Source of the DNA: Candidatus Omnitrophota bacterium
GTDB lineage: Bacteria > Omnitrophota > Gorgyraeia > Aquiviventales > Aquiviventaceae
NCBI GenBank assembly: GCA_016209275.1
Contig: JACQWM010000053.1
Coordinates: 11,235 to 75,234, forward strand
DNA: 64,000 bases
Reading direction: 5' to 3'
Under the pieces are notes generated by a model, which had not been told where the DNA came from, did no database searches, and saw nothing but the letters and a program-made list of their open reading frames with translations. Shown piece by piece: positions 59,723-64,000 of the stretch. Position 1 is the stretch's first letter. The number at the start of each line of letters is the position of its first letter. Made by a program: the position numbers and the translations under genes.

Positions 59723-60071
59723 ACGGGTCTCCTTCACGCTGGGTGTGGTCGGTCTTGCGGCCACCGCATGGCTGAGCCTGGTCGCGTGGCTGAGGATAGC
59801 GCCTCCCGCGCGGCCGGGCGCTGCGATGGCGCCTGTGCCGGCGGCGTCATGGGACCTTGCGCTTTCGCGCGCACGGCGGATTGACATCAATGCGGCGAGT
59901 GGTGCAGAATTAGAGCGGTTGCCTGGTGTCGGGCCTGCGCTGGCCTCGCGCATCATCGCGTACCGCCAATCGGCCGGGCCGTTTGCAACGGCGGAGGGGT
60001 TGCGCGAGGTGCCAGGGATCGGCCCGAAAACGTTTGAGGCGCTTCGCGACTACGTGAGCGTTGATGGGTAA
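59712..60071 (+). CDS. comEA: ComEA-family helix-hairpin-helix DNA-binding protein
   Basis: N-terminal TM then [29 protein letters not shown]...GIGPKTFE (tandem HhH). TTG start is uncertain. Confidence 0.65.
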   Translation: MSSERVSFTLGVVGLAATAWLSLVAWLRIAPPARPGAAMAPVPAASWDLALSRARRIDINAASGAELERLPGVGPALASRIIAYRQSAGPFATAEGLREVPGIGPKTFEALRDYVSVDG

Positions 60072-60222
60072 TTTGGGATTATCTGAGCTGCTCGTGATTT
60101 TTGCGATCGCGCTGCTCGTCATCGGCCCGAAGCGGCTGCCCGAGGTGGCCCGGGGGTTGGGCAAGGCGGTGCGGGCGTTTCAAGAGGCGCTCAAAGGCCC
60201 CTCGAGCGGTTCAAAGGATTGA
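60064..60222 (+). CDS. tatA: Sec-independent protein translocase TatA/E
   Basis: [45 protein letters not shown]; too short to appear in the ORF track; start overlaps the comEA stop. Confidence 0.7.
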   Translation: MGNLGLSELLVIFAIALLVIGPKRLPEVARGLGKAVRAFQEALKGPSSGSKD

Positions 60223-60248
60223 CAGCGCGCCCGCTCATCAGGTAAGGT

Positions 60249-60542
60249 TTGTTCGAAGCCATGAACCCAGAACTTCGCAGCCGTCTCGCGTCGGCCGCGA
60301 ACGATGCACAAACGCGCGAGGTCATCACGTTTTTCTTCCGCGACCATCCGCAGGGAGCGTCCTTCGATGGGCTCAAGGAGATGCTCTTTCTTCATGACGC
60401 CTTCGAAGAAACGCAGATGACCGAGCTCGTTGACCAAGGCATTCTCATCTTCGACGGCAAACGCTACAAACTCGCACCCACCGCCCGCCAAATTCTCGAC
60501 CGCGACGCGACCATCCTCATGGATGAGTTCCTCCGTGAGTGA
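60249..60542 (+). CDS. hypothetical small protein
   Basis: ORF only; no recognisable motifs. Confidence 0.3.
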   Translation: MFEAMNPELRSRLASAANDAQTREVITFFFRDHPQGASFDGLKEMLFLHDAFEETQMTELVDQGILIFDGKRYKLAPTARQILDRDATILMDEFLRE

Positions 60543-60631
60543 GTAAACCTCCTCCACCGCGCTAACATCCATTGACGGTTGAACCGTTATATGATAGATT
60601 TTCTAGTAGATAGAAATACAGGAGATAGGCC

Positions 60632-60910
60632 ATGGCGCGGGCGATTGTGAAGGTCCAGAAGAATAAGAATATTACACTGCCGATGTGGCTGATCAGCCGG
60701 TTTCACGTCCAGATCGGCGATTTTGTTCGCTTGGAAGAGACGAAGGACGGCGTGCTCATGAAACCGGCCAAATTGATCGATCCCTCCCAAGCGTACTTTT
60801 GGTCGAAGGAGTGGCAGGCGGGCGAGCGAGAAGCCGAGGAGGACGTCCGCAAAGGCCGCGTGAAAGGTTTTAAGAGCGTCAAGGACCTCATGACTGATCT
60901 GCATCGGTGA
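60632..60910 (+). CDS. AbrB/MazE/SpoVT-type antitoxin
   Basis: Swapped-hairpin antitoxin pattern (KNKNITLPMWLISRFHVQIGDFVRLEE); overlaps the downstream toxin gene by 4 nt; lower-GC islet. Confidence 0.55.
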   Translation: MARAIVKVQKNKNITLPMWLISRFHVQIGDFVRLEETKDGVLMKPAKLIDPSQAYFWSKEWQAGEREAEEDVRKGRVKGFKSVKDLMTDLHR

Positions 60911-61167
60911 TGCAGGTCTTTCGCACGGAACGCTTCAAGAAAGATTTCAAACGCCTTCCACGCGAGATTCAAGCACGACTCCCCGATGTCCTCGAACGCT
61001 TCGTCGACAATCCGCGTCATCCATCGCTCCAGACGAAGAAAATGGAAGGGGTTCGTGATATCTGGGAACTCCGTGTGACACAAAGCTATCGCATCACGTT
61101 TCAATTCGTTCTCGAGGGCGTCCTTTTGCGTCGCGTGGGCACACACGATGTGCTACGTCAGCCATGA
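60907..61167 (+). CDS. RelE/ParE-family type II toxin
   Basis: ~86 aa; FKKDFKRL...IWELRVTQSYRITFQ pattern typical of RelE/ParE mRNA interferases. Confidence 0.55.
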   Translation: MMQVFRTERFKKDFKRLPREIQARLPDVLERFVDNPRHPSLQTKKMEGVRDIWELRVTQSYRITFQFVLEGVLLRRVGTHDVLRQP

Positions 61168-61186
61168 GTGAGACGTCTCGCTACTG

Positions 61187-63217
61187 ATGACGCGGACCTT
61201 CACGATTTCTTCTTCAGCGAGCCTCAAGTTTCACCTCGACTTGGAGCAGGATCTCAACAACGCCCAGCGCGCCGCGGTGACCTGCGGCGAGGGGCCGAAG
61301 CTCGTCATCGCGGGCGCCGGCTCGGGCAAGACCCGCACGATCACCTATCGGGTGGCCTTCCTCATCGCCAAGGGAATCCACCCCAGCCAGATCCTCTTGG
61401 CCACCTTTACCAATAAGGCCGCGCGGGAAATGCTCAGCCGCGTCGAACAATTGACCGGCGGCGACGCCAGCGGCCTGTGGGGTGGGACATTCCACGCCAT
61501 CGGCAATCGGCTGCTGCGCCAGCACGGGACGCTGGTGGGGCTGCAGCCGAACTATTCCATTCTGGATGAGGAAGATCAGCGGGACTTGATCAAAGTCTGC
61601 ATCACCGAGGCCAAGGTGAAGGTTGAAGAGAAACGGTTTCCAGCGCCGTCGCTCATCGGGGATCTGATCAGCATGGCGTTCAACCTGCAGAAACCTCTGG
61701 CGGCTGTCATCGAGGCCCGCGCGCCGCATTTTGGCCTGTGGGCGCCGGAGCTTGAGCAGGTGGCCGCGCGCTATGAGGCGAAGAAGCGGTCGACGAATGC
61801 GCTGGATTACGACGATCTGCTAAAGTTTTGGCTGAAGCTGCTGGAGACCAAGCCTGAGATGGCGGAGCGGCTGAGTCGGCAGTTTCGCCACATCCTCGTC
61901 GATGAGTATCAAGATACGAATGTGGTCCAAGCGCAGATCGTCGAACGTCTGGCCCAGCGCAATGGCCGCAATCTCATGGTCGTCGGAGACGATGCGCAGA
62001 GTATTTACCAGTTCCGCGGGGCCAACTATGACAACATCCTCAAGTTTCCCGAACGCAACCCCGGCACGGAGATCTTCAAGCTGGAAACCAACTACCGCTC
62101 CACCCCGGAAATCCTCGAGTTCACCAACGCGAGCATCCTGCATAACCAGCACCAGCACCGCAAGACCTTGGTCGCGCAGCGCGACCGGGGCCGCCTGCCG
62201 GTCGTGGTCCCCGCGAACGACATGTATCAGGAAGCGGCGTTTGTCGCCGAGCGGATTTTACAATTGCGCGACGACGGCATTCCCTTGGAGGAGATGGCCG
62301 TGCTCTACCGGGCGCACGCGCACTCCTCGATGCTGCAGGCCGAGCTGATCAAGCGCAACATCCCCTACGACGTGCGCTCCGGGGTGCGGTTTTTCGAGCA
62401 AGCGCACATTAAAGATGTGGTGGCGTATCTGAAGGTGCTCGACAATCCGCATGATGAGATCGCCTGGCGGCGGCTGTGGCTCATGCTGCCGAGAGTCGGC
62501 CATGTGACGGCCGCACGGCTCTGGGAGGCGATTGCCAGCGCCGTGAATCCATTCGATGCCGCGCTGACCGAGGCGGTGGCTCGCACGCTGCCGCCGGCCG
62601 CCCAGGCCTACTACAAACGATTTCAGCACGACCTGCGACGGCTCTCGGCGTCCCGCGAGGATGTCTCGCCGCAGGAGCTGATCCGGGCGGTCATGGAGAG
62701 CGGCTATGCGGATTATCTGCGCGCGAAGTACGACGCGTTTCAATCAAGGCTGGAAGATCTGCAGCAGCTTGCGGTCTTTGCGCGGCCGTATCGCAGCCTG
62801 CGCAGCCTGCTCTCGGAGCTGGTGTTGCTCGGCGAGCTGTACGGCCAAGAGGTTGGTCCGGGTTCGGCCGAGACCGAACGGCTCATCCTCAGCTCGGTGC
62901 ATCAAGCCAAAGGATTGGAGTGGCGCGTGGTCTTCGTCATCCGGATGTGCGAGGGCAGCTTTCCGTCGGAGATGGCGTTGCGCGAAGAGCGCGGGGAAGA
63001 GGAAGAGCGGCGGATTTTTTACGTGGCCACGACCCGTGCCAAAGATGAGCTGTACATCACGCATCCGCTCATCGATCTCTCCCCGCGCGGCAACAGCCAG
63101 CTCCTGCTGCAACCCTCGCGCTTCCTGCGCGAGATCCGCTTTACCCTCTATGAGCAAGGCCAGATTGATCAGACGGTTGATATCAGATATCATCAGTCTG
63201 ACGCCGATGATATCTGA
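61187..63217 (+). CDS. UvrD/PcrA/Rep-family ATP-dependent DNA helicase
   Basis: Walker A GAGSGKT, motif II VDEYQDTN, later helicase motifs; the 3' end reads into a palindromic repeat (locus G). Confidence 0.85.
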   Translation: MTRTFTISSSASLKFHLDLEQDLNNAQRAAVTCGEGPKLVIAGAGSGKTRTITYRVAFLIAKGIHPSQILLATFTNKAAREMLSRVEQLTGGDASGLWGGTFHAIGNRLLRQHGTLVGLQPNYSILDEEDQRDLIKVCITEAKVKVEEKRFPAPSLIGDLISMAFNLQKPLAAVIEARAPHFGLWAPELEQVAARYEAKKRSTNALDYDDLLKFWLKLLETKPEMAERLSRQFRHILVDEYQDTNVVQAQIVERLAQRNGRNLMVVGDDAQSIYQFRGANYDNILKFPERNPGTEIFKLETNYRSTPEILEFTNASILHNQHQHRKTLVAQRDRGRLPVVVPANDMYQEAAFVAERILQLRDDGIPLEEMAVLYRAHAHSSMLQAELIKRNIPYDVRSGVRFFEQAHIKDVVAYLKVLDNPHDEIAWRRLWLMLPRVGHVTAARLWEAIASAVNPFDAALTEAVARTLPPAAQAYYKRFQHDLRRLSASREDVSPQELIRAVMESGYADYLRAKYDAFQSRLEDLQQLAVFARPYRSLRSLLSELVLLGELYGQEVGPGSAETERLILSSVHQAKGLEWRVVFVIRMCEGSFPSEMALREERGEEEERRIFYVATTRAKDELYITHPLIDLSPRGNSQLLLQPSRFLREIRFTLYEQGQIDQTVDIRYHQSDADDI

Positions 63218-63226
63218 TATCGCCTT
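63178..63226. repeat. GATATC-unit palindromic element (locus G)
   Basis: GATATCAGATATCATC-agtctgacgcc-GATGATATCTGATATC: perfect 16-bp arms; overlaps the uvrD-like stop codon. Confidence 0.8.
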
Positions 63227-63236
63227 GAGGTAAGCC

Positions 63237-63599
63237 ATGCAAGAGCGGCGGAAGTTTGTCCGGTTGGATACGCGGCTGGAGATCAGCGTCACCGAGGTGC
63301 CCGGCGCGCCGGCCCGCAAAGCGGTGTCGAAAAATCTCAGCGGCGGCGGCCTCTGCCTGGTGACGGAGAAAGAAGCCCCACCGGGGACCCAGTTGCAGGT
63401 GGCCATGAAATTACCCGAGCAGGAGCAGCCGGTGACGTTTACCGCCCAGGTCGTGTGGTGCGAGCCCTACGAGATCATCGGCAAGGGCCATCGCCATCGC
63501 GGCGTTGAGATGGGGGCGCGTTTCGTAGATATCTCGCCGAAAGATTACCAAGCGATTTTGCAGCACGTCATTCTGAGTCTCAAGACTCCGCGTCAGTAA
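63237..63599 (+). CDS. PilZ domain protein
   Basis: RRKFVR (RxxxR) and NLSGGG (DxSxxG-type) c-di-GMP-binding motifs. Confidence 0.65.
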   Translation: MQERRKFVRLDTRLEISVTEVPGAPARKAVSKNLSGGGLCLVTEKEAPPGTQLQVAMKLPEQEQPVTFTAQVVWCEPYEIIGKGHRHRGVEMGARFVDISPKDYQAILQHVILSLKTPRQ

Positions 63600-63628
63600 C
63601 TCCCTGCACTTCTGGACACTCCAACACG

Positions 63629-64000
63629 ATGAGCGCCCCGCTTGTTCCTGTCACCATCGTCTTCATCCTTGGCATTGCGCTTCAGCTCTTCCGCCCCTGT
63701 CCTCTCGGTCTTGTTGCGGTTGTCGGATTGCTGGCCGGATCTTTCGTGTTGCTGAATCGCCGGTCATGGGTCATGCGCCATGGATCGCTCTTGGTCTTAT
63801 GGTTGTGTCTCGGGATGCTCCGCATGGCCGTGTGGCAAGCCCATCCGGACCACCGGTTGTCATCGAGGCTCCCTGAGGCGCCGACCGCGGTGCGAGCGCA
63901 TGGCGTGGTCATCAGCGATCCGGTGGAGCGCTGGGGTTGGCAGGATCGTCTGGAGCAGCGCTGCGTGCTGCGGCTTCTGCCGATGGCGGGGCGCGTGCAG
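63629..64000 (+). CDS. comEC: DNA internalization competence protein ComEC/Rec2, N-terminal part (continues beyond window)
   Basis: N-terminal TM helices then ComEC N-terminal OB-like region (VRAHGVVISDPVER); the ORF runs off the window end. Confidence 0.6.
   Translation, partial: MSAPLVPVTIVFILGIALQLFRPCPLGLVAVVGLLAGSFVLLNRRSWVMRHGSLLVLWLCLGMLRMAVWQAHPDHRLSSRLPEAPTAVRAHGVVISDPVERWGWQDRLEQRCVLRLLPMAGRVQ

Overview
This is a high-GC (about 65%) bacterial chromosomal segment from a Gram-negative-type organism. The evidence is TolC-like and DUF1302-like outer-membrane proteins, lipobox lipoproteins and TatA. It is densely packed, mostly on the + strand, with many ATGA start/stop overlaps that indicate operons. 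The features I can recognise include a 5'-partial GTP-dependent PEP carboxykinase on the - strand, which runs off the window start and is therefore absent from the ORF track. There is a NicO/RcnA-like Ni/Co transporter, and a ZnuA/ZnuB-type metal ABC uptake pair coupled to PEBP, GNAT and PIG-L genes. There is a TolC-HlyD-ABC efflux operon, then TatD, and a methylthioadenosine (MTA) salvage cluster of mtnP-mtnA, an aldolase::SDR fusion, uppP and apt. Further along are trxB, DedA, an orphan cytochrome oxidase III/IV pair and a fatty acid desaturase. A two-component-system-bracketed locus has two TMTC-like TPR membrane proteins, an MBOAT protein and a likely SGNH partner. A large MMPL/RND transporter is fused in-frame to a LolA-like domain and followed by a DUF1302-like barrel. 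The remaining genes are TrmO, ACR3, a RAYT (REP-associated tyrosine transposase), ComM, an L,D-transpeptidase, AccA, tRNA-Leu(CAA), SPFH/NfeD, tRNA-Ala(GGC), Nfo, three PilZ proteins, LeuS, ComEA, TatA, a MazE/RelE-type TA pair, a UvrD-like helicase and the start of ComEC. The most conspicuous non-genic signal is a dispersed family of perfect hairpin-forming palindromes built from GATATC units (GCGATATCAGATATCG...CGATATCTGATATCGC) at seven intergenic loci, including flanks of tRNA-Leu and of the cox pair. A second palindrome family (GTGACnGTCAC plus GGGGAC) flanks the RAYT gene and tRNA-Ala. The candidate novel systems are the TMTC/MBOAT/SGNH envelope-modification locus, the MMPL::LolA-like/DUF1302 exporter, and the MTA 'DHAP-shunt-like' cluster with a RhaEW-type fusion enzyme.
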